A stretch of DNA of 62,847 bases, counting the filler, from Pirum gemmata (Eukaryota), in assembly GCA_002812295.1 (NCBI GenBank). It is 22 parts of 22 records of this genome, joined end to end, with 100 filler letters (N's around TTAATTAATTAA, not from the genome) between each part and the next. Parts side by side here need not be neighbours in the genome. Positions count along the whole stretch, not along the records: positions 37,980 to 40,520 come from PDIN01005691.1; positions 40,621 to 44,084 come from PDIN01005692.1; positions 44,185 to 46,728 come from PDIN01005693.1; positions 46,829 to 49,810 come from PDIN01005694.1; positions 49,911 to 52,461 come from PDIN01005695.1; 17 more parts are not named here. One strand, written 5' to 3'. The notes beneath the pieces are model-generated. The model had not been told where the DNA came from. It ran no database searches and was given only the letters and a program-made list of their open reading frames with translations. Below, one piece after another: positions 38,033 to 52,561 of the stretch. Every line of letters begins with the position of its first letter. Position 1 is the stretch's first letter. Made by a program: the position numbers and the translations under genes.

Positions 38033-38253
38033 CTGCAATTGAATAAATCCCAACTACTAAACCAGCGTAATTTTGGTCGACATCAAGCTGTGCTGAATAA
38101 AGAGAAACGGTAGGAATAATTACTGTCAACGTAAAACTATTTAATAAACTAGAGAAAAGAATAATACCTAAACTAATAAAGTCTGGCATCCTAGCACAAA
38201 AGAAAAGAAAAAATATTAATAATCTAAATGATAATGCCAATGATAATAATAAC

Positions 38254-38286
<33 letters not shown>

Positions 38287-38558
38287 AATGATAATGATAA
38301 TGCTAATTACAATGACAATGATAATGATGTTGAGCATGATGATAATGATACTAATAATGATATTGATATTGATATTGATATTGATATTGATATTGATATT
38401 AGATTGATTATAATGATTGTGAAACAATGTAAATTTGAAAATATAAGTGTAAATATTTAACCGTTTACTATCCTCGTCTTCCAAATTGTAGGAGGACATT
38501 TCAGCTTCGGGCTCGTTTATGCAATTTGAATCGAAAACATTGTCAATATTGTATTGAT
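38033..38558 (-). CDS. MFS transporter (SPX-MFS/MFSD8-like TM1-TM2), two internal exons
   Basis: Exons 38558-38462 and 38190-38033 are in phase: ..PDFISLGIILFSSLLNSFTLTVIIPTVSLYSAQLDVDQNYAGLVVGIYSIA. Confidence 0.75.
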
Positions 38559-38598
38559 CTGTGGTAGCAAGGACAGTAGTAGTTTATAATATTAAATA

Positions 38599-38652
<54 letters not shown>

Positions 38653-38661
38653 TAAATAATG

Positions 38662-38701
<40 letters not shown>

Positions 38702-39015
38702 CAAACAATAATAATAATGGGATTACAGCTAAAATAGAGGGATTTAGGTCCTTAGTTAGGAGTCAGGACTGAAGCTGATGTAGTCTCATGTAGAGTTCTA
38801 CACATCACGCTGAAGGCACATTGGTCCCATTTAGCACATTAGGTCTATTGATACTATATTGATTCGATAGTATCAATTCATACATCATATCGATAAATAA
38901 TGATTATTAGACTCCTAGCTAGCTAGCTAGAGTAGACTATTAGACTAAGTAGAGACTAAGTATTAGACTAGACCCTAATAGCTAGTAGCTAGCTAGGACT
39001 AGCTAGTAGTCTAGC

Positions 39016-39202
39016 TAGTGCTTTTCAGTTGTTTTGTCATCATAAAATAAACAATAAATAGTACCAAATTAATACAATATAAATCCATTTAATTTAATTT
39101 GGTATGTTTTATTATCTATGTATTGATTTAAAAATTTCAATTTTAAGATTATAACCCTCCAAATAAATATTCAAAAAGTGACAGAATAAATGAAAAGCAC
39201 AA
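39016..39202 (-). mobile_element. MITE family A
   Basis: TAGTGCTTTTCAGTTG ... TGAAAAGCACAA|TA. Confidence 0.82.
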
Positions 39203-40338
39203 TATACAGATATTACATAGATATGTATTAATATATGATACCATCATCGTATTCAGAAGTATTATTTTCCGATTGGATTTATTTGTTTATGATATAATAC
39301 TAATAATAAGTTGCCTTATATTTCTTTGGATTTCAAGATGGCATTGTAATTAATGGACGATAAAAATGAAATAGCAATAAAACAAACAATTCACAATAAC
39401 TATCAGAAAAATATTTTAATAAGGCTATATATATTATTATAAATTAATATAATGAAGTTATAATTATATATATAATATATATAGCAAATTAACGTCTATA
39501 TATATACTAGTATTATATACGTATTAATATATGTATAATTACAATTTTAAAATGTTATATTAATTAATATAATATTAATATATATATATGAATACAACAA
39601 GTCAAACAATTAATTTTTGATCATAGTTATATATTATAATAAATAAGTGATTAAATTTAAAGTTATTCAAGTTATTTGATTAAAGCAATAAAACTGCAGA
39701 ATAACACACATAAAACACAGAGAATAGAATATTATAATTAATACCATTAGAGCCCATTACTATCCTTGAAAATTTATATGATTATTAATATTAATATATC
39801 AATTTATATTAATATATTATTGTTATTTTTAAAAAAACCCCTATTACAATAATATTAATATTATCAATGATAATATAAATTAATGTGGCACCAAGGCTCG
39901 ATTTGATAATATTATTATGAATATGATTCGATTCGAATAATATTAATATGCCTCGATTTGATAATATTATGAATATGATTCGATTCGAAGAAAAGTGACA
40001 ATAGAATAGGTTGATAATATATATGTGACGAGTCGATAGCTTCGAGTGGACTCGAAGCTCTAAAAATCAATACTCGAGCTAATGATGATTAGACTTATTA
40101 ATGGACTCGAAGCTCTAAAAATCAATACTCGAGCTAATGATGATTAGACTTATTAATTAATAGTATGACTACTTGAAGAGTCAAAAAACATTTCAAGATA
40201 ATAATAATCATAATGACATTAATTTGTAACTAAAACTTTTAACTAAGTTATTAATTAAATAGTCTAAATCTTTACGAATAGCTTTACGATGCTATTTTTT
40301 ATGGTAGTCTATGCACCTATTTTTACAATGTCATGATA

Positions 40339-40511
40339 TCGTGTTTTTCATTTATTTTGTCATATTGGAGGTTTATTATCTTTAAATTGATATTTTTAAA
40401 TCAATATATAGATAATAAAATATACCAAATTAAGTTAAATGGGTTTATATTGTATTAATTTGGTACTATTTATTGTATATTGTGTGATGACAAAACAACT
40501 AAAAAGCACTA
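40339..40511 (+). mobile_element. MITE family A with a family-B-type left end
   Basis: TA|TCGTGTTTTTCATTTATTTTGTCA ... TGACAAAACAACTAAAAAGCAC. Confidence 0.78.
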
Positions 40512-40723
40512 AAAAGCACTNNNNNNNNNNNNNNNNNNNNNNNNNNNNNNNNNNNNNNNNNNNNTTAATTAATTAANNNNNNNNNNNNNNNNNNNNNNNN
40601 NNNNNNNNNNNNNNNNNNNNTAGAATTAAAATAAAAATAAAAATTAAAACAAAGCAAAACTAGCAAACAATAAAATTAAAATCATATTAATATTAATTTT
40701 TAAATACATAGAACAAAAACAAA

Positions 40724-40777
<54 letters not shown>

Positions 40778-40789
40778 CACATTTTTAAC

Positions 40790-43095
40790 CGTAAAACATA
40801 GGCAATCACCACTTCTATAGAACAAAATATTTAAACAATAAAAACCCTAACCGTAACCCCAACCCTAAACCTTTTACCCTAATCATTTCCCCAATTATTA
40901 GAATAAAATAAAATAAAATAACAAGAAAAGAACTTAAAACAAACTTGAAATGTAAACAATACATATTCTTTCCAAATATTATGTGGAGTAGGAGCAAATT
41001 CTTCAAAACTAATACATATATATATACCCTAAAACACAGCCAATCATTTCTCCGATAAAATCCCCGATACACGGTATGCAACTGGCAAAAGCACTTAATG
41101 GTCCAGTGACCAAAAATAATCCGAGCCAAACTACAAAAACTAATATAAACCTCAAAAACCAAGTTAAAGCTTTCAAATCATCACGCAATCCTTGAAACAT
41201 GTCTTCTTTTGAAACATTCCCTATTTAGTTATATATATATTAGTTGTATATATATTAACAAACTAAAACTAGCTAGTATTAACAACAACACAACAACAGT
41301 ACTAACCCCACCCATCCCCACCACCACCACCACCATAAATATAACCACCATATTATCATCATCACCATCACCATCACCATCACCATCACCATCACCATCA
41401 CCATCACCACCAACAACAACAACATCATCACCATCACCATCACCATCACCATCACCATCACCATCACCATCACCATCACCACCATCTTCAGCGCCATCAT
41501 CCCCATCATCATCATCACCACTACTACCACCGCCATCTCAAAACAATATACAAGGTTACGGGTACAACAATATTTTACCAGTTCGAAAAGTAGCAGCAAC
41601 CACATTTCCGTTTTTCGCGTAGTAACTTGAAATTTGGCCTTTCGCAGCTTTTCCGATAACAGATACAGTACGATCAGTTTCACTCAGTTTAGAGCTAAAA
41701 AACGAAATTCTCTCATCGCCGAACGCAAAAAACTCGGCATCATAATCATCACAAGATCCTGTAATTTTTATTATTTATTTTATTTATTTATTTATTTATT
41801 TGATTTTATCATTTTTATTTTTACTTCTTTATTTTATTATTATTTTATTCAATTTCATTCTATATTATTCTATATTATTTTAATTTTTATTTCTTTTTAA
41901 TTTTTATTTTTATTTTAATTTTTATTCTTATTCTTATTTTTATTTTATTTCATTTTATTTTTTTCTATTTTATATGCATATTATTATACTATATTTTATT
42001 CATTCTAACCCTAACCTGTTTTATTTCCCTATTCTCTTTTCTTCTCTTCTCTTCTGCTTTATTACGAAAAATTATAATTATAATTATAATTTTATTTACA
42101 GCATATGATCGTAATTATGATTATCAGTATGATTATGATACTAAAATTTAATCAACACTACACTAATTTGCATCTTATTAATAACATTCATTATTAAGGA
42201 AGCTAAAATTACTACACCTCTATCCCTACCTTCTACCCCTACCACCTACCTACCCTTACTCAAACATTAACCCTATATCTAGCCCTAACCTTAACCCTAA
42301 CTTTAACCCTAACCCTAACCCTAACCCTCNCTAACCCTAACCCTAACCCTAACCCTAACCCTAACCCTAACCCTAACCCTAACCTTAACTCTAAACCTAA
42401 GCCTAACTCTAAACCTAAACCCCTAAATTGTAAAATATACCTGTATATAAATATTCGCCATGGTCACAGCTATTTAAGATTGTGTTAGAAGGTGATTGAA
42501 CACTTTCTCTATCTAGAGTAGTTGGTATAGCCGCAATGTTTGCGTTTGTTAACGTGAATCTACCAAGCTTAGCATTCTGAGCATAGTATGTGTCATTCTG
42601 GTAGAGCCAAGGTTTATTATTGCGGTGAATTTGGTCGGCATCTTCTAAATGTAACGAATCCCATACGCCTTTAAAAGTTGTTGTACATTCTTTAACATAA
42701 CGGAGGTCTGTATAAAGAAATGGAAAAGAATATTATTATTAATAAGCAAATAAAAATAACAACTAACCCACACCATAAAAAACACAAAGAAAACCAAAAA
42801 AGTACTATCAATAAAAAAATAAAAATAAAAAAAGATAACCCAAACCTTAATTAATACAAAGAAATGCAAGGGATAAGGATAGAGATAGAGATAAAGATAG
42901 GGTTTGGGTTTGGGTTTATGCTAATTATTAATGTTCTTATAAAAGAATATAATAAACTACCTATACAATTTGTATTTGCAACCCATTGATACATTTCAGC
43001 TTTCTGTTCCAATTTTAGAAAGTTTTCGAATTTGTTGTCCATCACAGTTTTATTTTCAAGATTAGTAACGGAGCAAGAGGAGTAGAATACTTGAC
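40790..43095 (-). CDS. TMEM43: TMEM43/LUMA family protein, internal exons
   Basis: Exons 43095-42961, 42707-42441, 41758-41579, 41220-41028 and probably 40814-40790 are in phase. Motifs: EMYQW, LGRFTL, GDERISF, VSVIG, MF...LTWFLR, IPCIGDFI. Confidence 0.88.
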
Positions 43096-43125
43096 CTGAA
43101 ATATCATATTATAATTTTAATTATC

Positions 43126-43196
<71 letters not shown>

Positions 43197-44349
43197 TANT
43201 AAAAAATACTATTTTTAATTTATAATTATAAAAAATATATAATATATATATTAATATAGAGACACAGTCCAGACTGAATATGGCCCTATTTTCTCCTTAT
43301 TAATTAATGTATATTAATATATATCATATCATATAATAGAATAATATAATAACAAGTAATAAATACATATGATCGATATAAATATTAATATATAAATATA
43401 ATGTAATATTTATGATGTACTTAATAAAATGGTATATATAATTAATATTAACATAATTAAATTATAATTATTAATTTTATTCTTTTTTTAAAAGGGCGCT
43501 TTTAAGGTTATATGACATGTTTATTTGTAATATTTATTAATTAAAAAAAATAAATTTAATAATTAAATTTTTAAATAATATATAATAAATTAATTAATTA
43601 TATTATTAGTATAATATTTTAATATGTTATAAATTATTATTATAAATTGATCAATAATATTAGCATATAATTTCAGTAATAATGAGTGCCTTATATAATA
43701 TAAATTACTACTGTTACTAGCATAATCATACGTGATTTGATATTATTAATTATATCATTTGAACACAATAACAATAATAACAATAATGATAATAAATGAT
43801 GTTAAGTATAGCAGTACTTGTATTCTGATAATTATGATTATGATTATGATTATGATTGATTCCCAACGAAAAGAGTACAGGATTTAATAACACAGAATAA
43901 TAATCTAAAGTTTGATCACAAAATAATTACTAGTTAAAAACCATAAAATGTTTAATTTATTATATTATTATATACAACAAGCAAATAAATTATTTTCAAT
44001 TTCAAAAATTCTAAGAACCAGGTTGTTATTGTGGAGGAGGGTAATTATATTGGGGCGGGGGATAATTGCAAGGTTGCTGTTGTTNNNNNNNNNNNNNNNN
44101 NNNNNNNNNNNNNNNNNNNNNNNNNNNNTTAATTAATTAANNNNNNNNNNNNNNNNNNNNNNNNNNNNNNNNNNNNNNNNNNNNATTATGGTTATTATCA
44201 TGTTAATGTTATTGTTATTGAAATTGTTATCATAAACTTTATTTCAATAATAATAATTATAATAATAATAATGACAATAACAATAGCATTAACATGTAGG
44301 TTATCATTATTATTATATCATAAACATTATTTCGTCATTATGTATATAG

Positions 44350-44673
44350 GTAATTATGAGATTAAAATAAAGGGAGGGATGGAAAAGCGTAAATCGTTCA
44401 TCAATGTATTGTCAACTGTACTTCAAACATACCAAGAAAACACCGATAATGATAACAACAACAACAACAACAACAACAACAATAACAACACGACTTTTAA
44501 AAACTTGTTCTACGATGAAGATTTAAATAATTGTATCAAAGCATTTCTTAAGCATTTTTTTGATGAAAAATTGAGATTTGTTTTATTATTTTTGTTTTCT
44601 AATTCTCAAATATGTAATGCTGTTTTGGATGTATTTCGACAAATGCTTGATAGCAAAGTCAAAGTGGATTTAG
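44350..44673 (+). CDS. Internal exon of an unknown protein
   Basis: tatag acceptor and GTTTAT donor bound an open 324-nt exon (NYEIKIKGGMEKRKSFINVL...QMLDSKVKVDL). Confidence 0.55.
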
Positions 44674-44982
44674 GTTTATTTATTTATTTTATTTATTTAC
44701 TTATTATTTTTGTTATTATTTATTTTATTTTATTTTATTTATTTTACTTTATTTTGTTTGGTTTTGTTTGGTTTTATTTTATTTTAGTTCATTTTATTTA
44801 TTTTATTTCGTTTTATTTTGTTTTCATTTTGCTTTCTTTTATTTTATTTTATTTTATTTTATTTTATTTTATTTTATTTTATTTTATTTTATATTTTATT
44901 TTATTTTATTTTATTTTATTTTATTTTATTTTATTTTTTATTTTATTTTATTTTTTATTTTATTTTATTTTTTATTTTATTC

Positions 44983-45013
<31 letters not shown>

Positions 45014-45024
45014 TTCTACTACTA

Positions 45025-46728
45025 CGTGGTTATAATATTTAAATTGACAATTTTAAATCAATATACAGATAACAAAATATACCAAATTCTATTTCAAAAT
45101 GAATTTATATTATATTAATTTGGTAATATTTATTGTATACTTTATAATGACAAAACAAATGAAAAGCACTATAGTTCAGCGTATTTTTAAAAATTCATTT
45201 TTGTGAATTTTTTTCTTTTTTTAATTTAAAAAAAAGATTGCCTGCCTGTAGCTTTTGTAAACGTGTATAATATCAATATTGTGCTTTTCATTTATTCTGT
45301 CACTCTGAATATTTATTTTGTTGGTCATATAATATTTAAATTGATATTTTTTTAAAAGTTAATTAACAATTAGATTATAAAATATACCAAATAAAATAAA
45401 ATGGATTTATATTGTATTACTTTAGCACTCTTTATTGTATATTTTATGATGACAAAACAGCTGAAAAGCACGATACTAGGTGTATAATATTATTATGATA
45501 GCTAGTACTAGTAGCTTGTTATCATAGTCTATCCTCAATAGAGTCTACGATCGAAATGTATTAATATTTTATTCAATAAATAGTACCAAATTACTACAAT
45601 ATAAATCCATTTGATTTAATTTGGTATATTTTATTATCTATGTTTTGATTTAAAAATGCCAATTTAAAGATTATAACTCTCCAAATAAATATTAAGAGTG
45701 ACAAACTAAATGAAAAGCGCTATAGAATATAATAATAATACCAGTATTATCGGATAATATTATGATATTATTCTTGAAAGAGAGACTACTAGCTAGCTAG
45801 AAACTAGTATGATATGAGCTAGCTAGTAGTGGAAAGAGAAAACTACTATAACTACTACTATTCATAATTATCTTCCAAAGTGAATTTCGTTGGTTGAACT
45901 TCCCTACGTTGAATTTCTTGTGGGCCCACTACTGGGCCACTAGAAATTGAAATCTTTAGGGTTCTGTAGTATTACATAATGGAAATAAAGAGATCTTTAA
46001 TTTTTTGTTCTTTATTGGTTAAAATGGTGAATGGCCTTAAAAAAGCAAATTTGTTTTAGCTAGACCTATCCCACGACACTTGGTACTACATTGTTGGACC
46101 ACTGCTGGATCAGGGTTGTCAAATCAAACTTTTCCATATACAGTAACGTCAAAAAAACCTGTGAGACAGTGAGAGGCTGAGAGCCAGGAGCCCACCTTCA
46201 TATTTTTTGAGTCGGATCAATGCAGGAAAAGGCATCAGATTCTGCTATTATTAGTCTATATATTTTTTGATTTTTTATTGTGCTTTTCATTTATTTTGTT
46301 ACTCTGAGTATTTATTTTGTTGGTTATAATATTTTAAAAATTGATATTTTAAAAATTAATAATTAGATTATAGTACTCTTTTTTGTATATGACAAAATAA
46401 CTGAAAAAAGCACGATAAATTGGTCAAGTAATTTGAGTTGGGGTTTTCGGTCGGTTTCGAAATTCGAATATCCTCAAAGTAGAGTCGGACTTAGTATCAT
46501 AGTAGCAGTAGCTTAGTAGGCCTAATCACACTACTATAGCTAGCTAGTAGCTAGCCTAATCACATTACATCAGTTTACTTTACAATGTAGATGATTATAT
46601 CGTACATTTCATTTATTTTGACACTCCAAATATTTATTTGGAGGGTTATAATCTTTAAATTGACAATTTTAAATCAATACCTTAGATAATAAAATATACC
46701 AAATTAAATTAAATGGATTTATATTATA
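45025..46728. mobile_element. Cluster of five MITE family A copies
   Basis: Copies at about 45025-45171, 45279-45473, 45573-45722 (inverted), 46278-46415 and 46600-46728. Intact ends are flanked by TA. Confidence 0.8.
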
Positions 46729-47114
46729 NNNNNNNNNNNNNNNNNNNNNNNNNNNNNNNNNNNNNNNNNNNNTTAATTAATTAANNNNNNNNNNNNNNNN
46801 NNNNNNNNNNNNNNNNNNNNNNNNNNNNGGTTAGGGTTAGGGTTAGGGTTAAGGTTAGGGTTATAGTTAGGGTTAAGATTAGAGTTAAGATTAGGGTTAT
46901 GGTTAGGGTTAGGGTTAGGGTTAGGGTAGGGTTAGGGTAATAGGGTAAGGGTTAGGGTTAGGGTTAGGGTTAGGGTTAGGGTTAAGTTTACGGTTAGGGT
47001 TAGAGTTAAGTTAAGGGTTAGGGTTAGAGTTAAGTTTAGGGTTAGGGTTAGAGTTAAATTTAGGGTTAGGGTTAGAATTATAGTTAGGATTAGGGTTAGA
47101 GTTAGGGTTAGTAC

Positions 47115-47889
47115 CTTGCGTTTTGTCGAATATGTATCTCGTAATGCCATCTTCGGGTTTTACATAAGGACCTATCATTTCCAAAGCATTAAACTGAGAA
47201 GCTACTTGCATAATCGAATTTTCATTTTCCTTTTTCATGTGCAAACTTTTGGACTCCGCCACTATATTTTCAAACGTATAACTACCCAAGTCTTGAGCTG
47301 GAATGTCATTTAATTTATTCTTTAAGTCTGTTAATGATAAAACATCAAAAGCACCAACCTGGGCGTTAAGAGTTAAGAGTTGGGGTTGGGGTTAGGCTTA
47401 GGCTTAGGCTTAGGCTTAGGCTTAGGCTTAGGCTTAGGCTTAGGCTTAGGGTTGTGGTTAGGTTTAGGTTTAGGGTTGTGGTTAGGTTTAGGTTTAGGAT
47501 AGGTTAGGTTCAGGGTTAGAGAATGTGGTTTAGTGTTGCGGTCTAAGCTTCTGATTTGAGCTTAGGTGGAAGCGTAGGCATAGATTTAGGTTTAGAGACA
47601 GGGTTAGAGGTAATAGTTTAAGATTGTGGTTAGGGTTAGGGTTAGGGGTAAGAGATAGAGAGGTAGAGTTAGAGGTAGGAATATTCATTTTATTCCTTCC
47701 TTTAATTTCAATTGAACGAACCTGATAAGAATAGTTATTTACTTTACAAGTCAAAATGTTGACATCTTTACTAATAATTCCATTTTCATCGGCATTGTTA
47801 TTTTCTAGCGTAAAATTATTTTTAATGCCTTCGTAGTTTTCCACACTGGCTTCCTCCTCAAAGCCAAACTCTTCTTTAAACCACGTCAT
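47115..47889 (-). CDS. N-terminal exons of an uncharacterised QVASQFNxLEM / GGGAFGN family protein (Macro/PARG-like)
   Basis: Exons 47889-47722 and 47358-47115 give MTWFKEEFGFEE..YQVGAF..IMQVASQFNALEMIGPYVKPEDGITRYIFDKTQG. Confidence 0.8.
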
Positions 47890-48571
47890 TTGTTTGAATT
47901 GTGTTAAATTTGGGTTTACGGACCGTGCTTGTAGAAAATGTGTTACTTATAGTTTTGATCGGGGTTTTCTTGTTATTGTTTATTGTTTTTTTTTTAAAAA
48001 ATACAAAGGTTATGTAGATTAGTATACTAATTATTTTAAAAATAAGATCGTGTGTTAATTATTTACTACTAAAAATTGGATTTTAAGTTAAAAAGATATA
48101 GTGGTTTAAATAGTTTGTATGCAATTAGTTTGTTGTAATTTAATTTGCATGTTAATTAGATTGTATGTAATTAGTTTGTGTTTCCTTGTGTTTCACTTTG
48201 TGTATCGGTTTGTAGATGTGTGTTAGTTGTAGTATTGTGCGATATTTTAATTAATTGCTAATTTAAAATGGGATTTCATAATCATAAACTTATTATTTAT
48301 GATATTATGTTTTGGGTGGCTCTCTAGCTAGCTAGGCTTCTTATGTCTTTTGTCTTTTCTATTATGTAATATTCTTATCTTTGATTTGGTACTGTTTAAG
48401 TGTATAACTGAACATATTTAAAAAATAAAATATTAATTAAAAAATACCAATTAATTAAAAAGTGTCTAATAGTTTTCTTGAAATGGTAATTTGGTATGTT
48501 TTAAATTCCTAATCCTAACCGTGAGATATTATAATAATAATAATTATCATACCAGTAAAAAATCTGAAGAT

Positions 48572-48805
48572 GGAAAAATCTGAACATGGAATTGAATCTA
48601 GAATGGTATTTTTGTCAACTAAGGCATCTAGATTGGAATTTCAAACTCTTTAATCGACATCTGGGTACACTTATTTTTTGAGCAAAATCAAGTATCAAAA
48701 AAAATATCGATTCAAACGATGGTTTTAAGGTCTAAAAATTCCAATCTAGATGTCTTAGTTAACAAAAATACCCTTCTAGATTCAATTCCATCTTCAGATT
48801 TTTCC
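48572..48805. mobile_element. Foldback element with about 70-bp inverted arms
   Basis: ggaaaaatctgaacatggaattgaatctagaa...tagattggaattt versus aaattccaatctaga...tctagattcaattccatcttcagatttttcc. Confidence 0.8.
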
Positions 48806-48899
48806 TCAATTTGACGTAATATCAATTCGTAAAAAAAAAAAAAAAAGCGCAAAATTTTTTATTAATCTCAGACTCAGTCTATCACTAAAAATTTACGGT

Positions 48900-49086
48900 G
48901 AAAAAAAAAAAATCGAATCAAACAGCTCGATATAATTATTTAAAAACAGTGACAATTTGAAATGATAATAATTATTCTTTTTTTTTCGGGTTTCAAGTTT
49001 TTTCTATGAAATTAATACTTAAAATTAGATCGAACATTTTGAAAGATTCGAACTAGTCTCGATTCGATGGTTTTCCCGCATCTCCC
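48900..49086. mobile_element. MITE family C, partial
   Basis: Matches 34779-35009; ends in gatggttttcccgcatctccc. Confidence 0.7.
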
Positions 49087-49239
49087 TGCAATTTGCTTTT
49101 AAATTAAATCCTCCGGAACATTGTGAGACATTTTGAGATGGGCAAAACAGTTTGAGTTTTTTAATAAATAACTACTACTACTACTACTACTACTATGTCA
49201 TAACACTACTATTATTACTACTACTATAGCTATAGCTAT

Positions 49240-49274
<35 letters not shown>

Positions 49275-49431
49275 TACTACTACTACTACTACTAGTACTN
49301 NNNNNNNNNNNNNNNNNNNNNNNNNNNNNNNNNNNNNNNNNNNNNNNNNNNNNNNNNNNNNNNNNNNNNNNNNNNTAATAATAATAAATAATAATAAATA
49401 ATAATAAATAATAATAAATAATAATAAATAC

Positions 49432-49782
49432 CTCCATTATCCAATCAGGTTCATTTCCAAACGCACCACCACCTAATTTGGTTAAAAATATTTTAACCCG
49501 CGCACCACGTGTGCGTGCTAAAATTGCTCCGCAAATTAGTGTGGCCTCATAGCTCGCATTTAAAATTAATTTGGCCATAACTTCCCATTCAGAAGAAGGG
49601 ACTCTTGAATAAGCCACTGGCAAAGCGCTATTAAAAACTTGACAAACTTTTAATCTTTTACTATTATTACTATTATCTCTTTTTTTTAATTCCCATTTGT
49701 TTGTTTGTTTGTTCTTAATTCGTTCAAGAGGTTCGCTGACTTCAGTAGACCAATGAACAGCTATTTTCAAGGAGGCATGTAC
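49432..49782 (-). CDS. C-terminal-region exon of the same GGGAFGN family
   Basis: A 351-nt exon: LKIAVHWSTEV..VCQVFNSALPVAYS..LILNASYEATL..IFLTKLGGGAFGNEPDWIME. Confidence 0.82.
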
Positions 49783-49910
49783 CTTTTTACGGTTGGGGTT
49801 AGGGGTTAGGNNNNNNNNNNNNNNNNNNNNNNNNNNNNNNNNNNNNNNNNNNNNTTAATTAATTAANNNNNNNNNNNNNNNNNNNNNNNNNNNNNNNNNN
49901 NNNNNNNNNN

Positions 49911-51048
49911 ATTATCATTATCATTATTATTGCTCTCGCTACGTACAAAACATAAATTAGGCTTACATTTAAATTCTAAGGCTTCTAAAAGGCCGAATGT
50001 GGATTGTTTTCTTCTTGGTTTATCACCTTCTTCAGAAGTATCTTCATCATCACTACTTAAAGCTAACCATTTGACCAAATAAATGAATACAATTGAGAAA
50101 CGAATGAGAAAATAATAATAAAACAACAATAACAACTAAAGTAACTAAATAACTGAAAAATAAACTTTTAAAAAAATATTTAAAAAAAAACTAAAATTAC
50201 CTTTAAATAACAATAACTTGACAATAAACTAAACAATAAACTAAACAATAACTAAACAATAACAATAACTAAACAATAAATCACAACCAACACAACCAAC
50301 ACAACCAACACAACCACTACCACAACCACTACCACAACCACTACCACTCCACAAACCACAAATCACACAGTCACAACCACCACGGCAACCACCACCACCA
50401 CCACAATTATTTAAATACCTTCTACTTTTTTAAGATCACATTCCATATCTAAAGCCTCTAACAAAGTATAACTCGATCTCTTCTTTTCGAGTTTAAGAGG
50501 CTTGGTTTTGCTTTCGTTTCTAGTAATTTCTCCTTTTTCTATTAAACTCAACACTTCTTTGATATTATATTCTGACGCTTTCTTGCATACTTTAGTTTCG
50601 TCTTGGCCATCATCGTCAGAGTCCTTGCCTGAAGGGTGATTATTTTTAAAAATAATTAAATCGATCAAAAATATTAAGTTAACTAACTATTTCGCCAACA
50701 ATATAATAACAATAATTTGTAATAATAATGGGAGTAATATTAATAATTGTTGTATTGTTGTATTGTTGTATTGTTGTATTGTTGTATTGTTGTATTGTTG
50801 TATTGTTGTATTGTTGTATTGTTGTATTGTTCATATCCAGCATTTCTAGCCAAGTATAAAGCGATGTTTTCCTTTTAATAGGCGCTGTACCAAGATTTTC
50901 ACCGGTACAACAATGATCAAGAACAGTACTTGTACTGTTACTTTTCATTATATTCAAACCATCATTATTATTATGTCTTTTATCATTATCATATATATCA
51001 TTATCATCATTATCATCATTATCATCATCATCATCATCATGACTATTA

Positions 51049-51102
<54 letters not shown>

Positions 51103-52454
51103 GCATTAGCATTAACATTAACATTAACGTTATCATTATCATTATCATTATTATGATCGTTATCATTGTTGTTATTATTATTATCGCTAACAGCACTAGA
51201 AGGTTCAATTTCTTTTTTTCTAGGAAAAGTGTGTCGACTATTCAATGGACTATATTGCCATTTAGAATTACACTCAGTATTCAGATTATTGTAGGTCCAG
51301 CTTTCATCATTATCACCATTATCATTATCATCATCATCATCATCATCATCATCATCGTCATCATCATCATTATCATCACCATCGTAATTATCACCAATAA
51401 TATTGTTACTATCATTATCACTCTCACTAAGCAAGGAAAAGTTTACTGCAACATTACCATCACTATCATTATAATAGTCAGCATCATTTTCATTTTCATT
51501 TTCAATTTTAATGTTGGATTTATTATCATTTTCATTTCCAACTTTGGTATCAACATCCTTATCATGCTCAATATCACCATTACTGTGTTTGTTGTTATCA
51601 GTTTTACCAGAATAATCATAGACGTCAATAACGTTGGCAGTTGTTCCCTCAGATGGAAAACTGGGTGATATAGATTGGGAATTTTTAGATTTTAAAATAT
51701 GGTTGAAGGTTGTTAGTTCTTCTTCGTCGTGGATGGCCAGACTTTTGGACCTGTTTACTTTTTCGTTAACTGTACTAAAATGACGTAATCGAGTTGTGTC
51801 TCCTGGATATTGAAGTGACATTTTCCTAAAAATCCCACCACCAGTCACGGCTGATATGATATAGCAAAGAATAAATAATTATTAATTATTAATTATTAAT
51901 TATTAATTAATTATTAATTACTAATTATTAATTAATTATTAATTATTAATTACTAATTATTAATTAATTATTAATTATTAATAATTAATAATTAATAATT
52001 AATAATTAATAATTAATAATTAATAATTAATAACTAATAATTAATAACTAATAATTAATAAGTAATAAGTAATATTTAATAATTAATAATTAATAATTAT
52101 TAACCAATAATCAATAATCAATAATTAATAATTAATAATTAATAATAAAAAAATAATAAAACAAACCCAAACCCAAACCCAAACCCAAACCCAACCCAAA
52201 CCCAAACAAACCCAAACCCAAAACCAACACCAACACCAACACCAACACCAACACCAAAACCGAAACCGAAACCAAAACCAAAACCAAAATCAAAACCAAA
52301 ATCAAAACCAAAACCAAAACCAAAACCAAAACCAAAACCAAAACCAAAACCAAAAAAACCAAATGTTTAACAGCTACAATAATAATAAAGAAATAAAGAA
52401 CTAAAAGAACTATATATTACAGGGATCTCGTTTGACATTTTTAATTTCTTCATC
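49911..52454 (-). CDS. Multi-exon low-complexity (N/D-rich) protein with three repeated LLEAL-type motifs
   Basis: A long open exon at about 51850-50830 plus AG/GT-bounded exons near 52454-52421, 50628-50419 and 50062-49911. Some boundaries are uncertain. Confidence 0.6.
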
Positions 52455-52561
52455 TAAAAAANNNNNNNNNNNNNNNNNNNNNNNNNNNNNNNNNNNNNNN
52501 NNNNNTTAATTAATTAANNNNNNNNNNNNNNNNNNNNNNNNNNNNNNNNNNNNNNNNNNNN

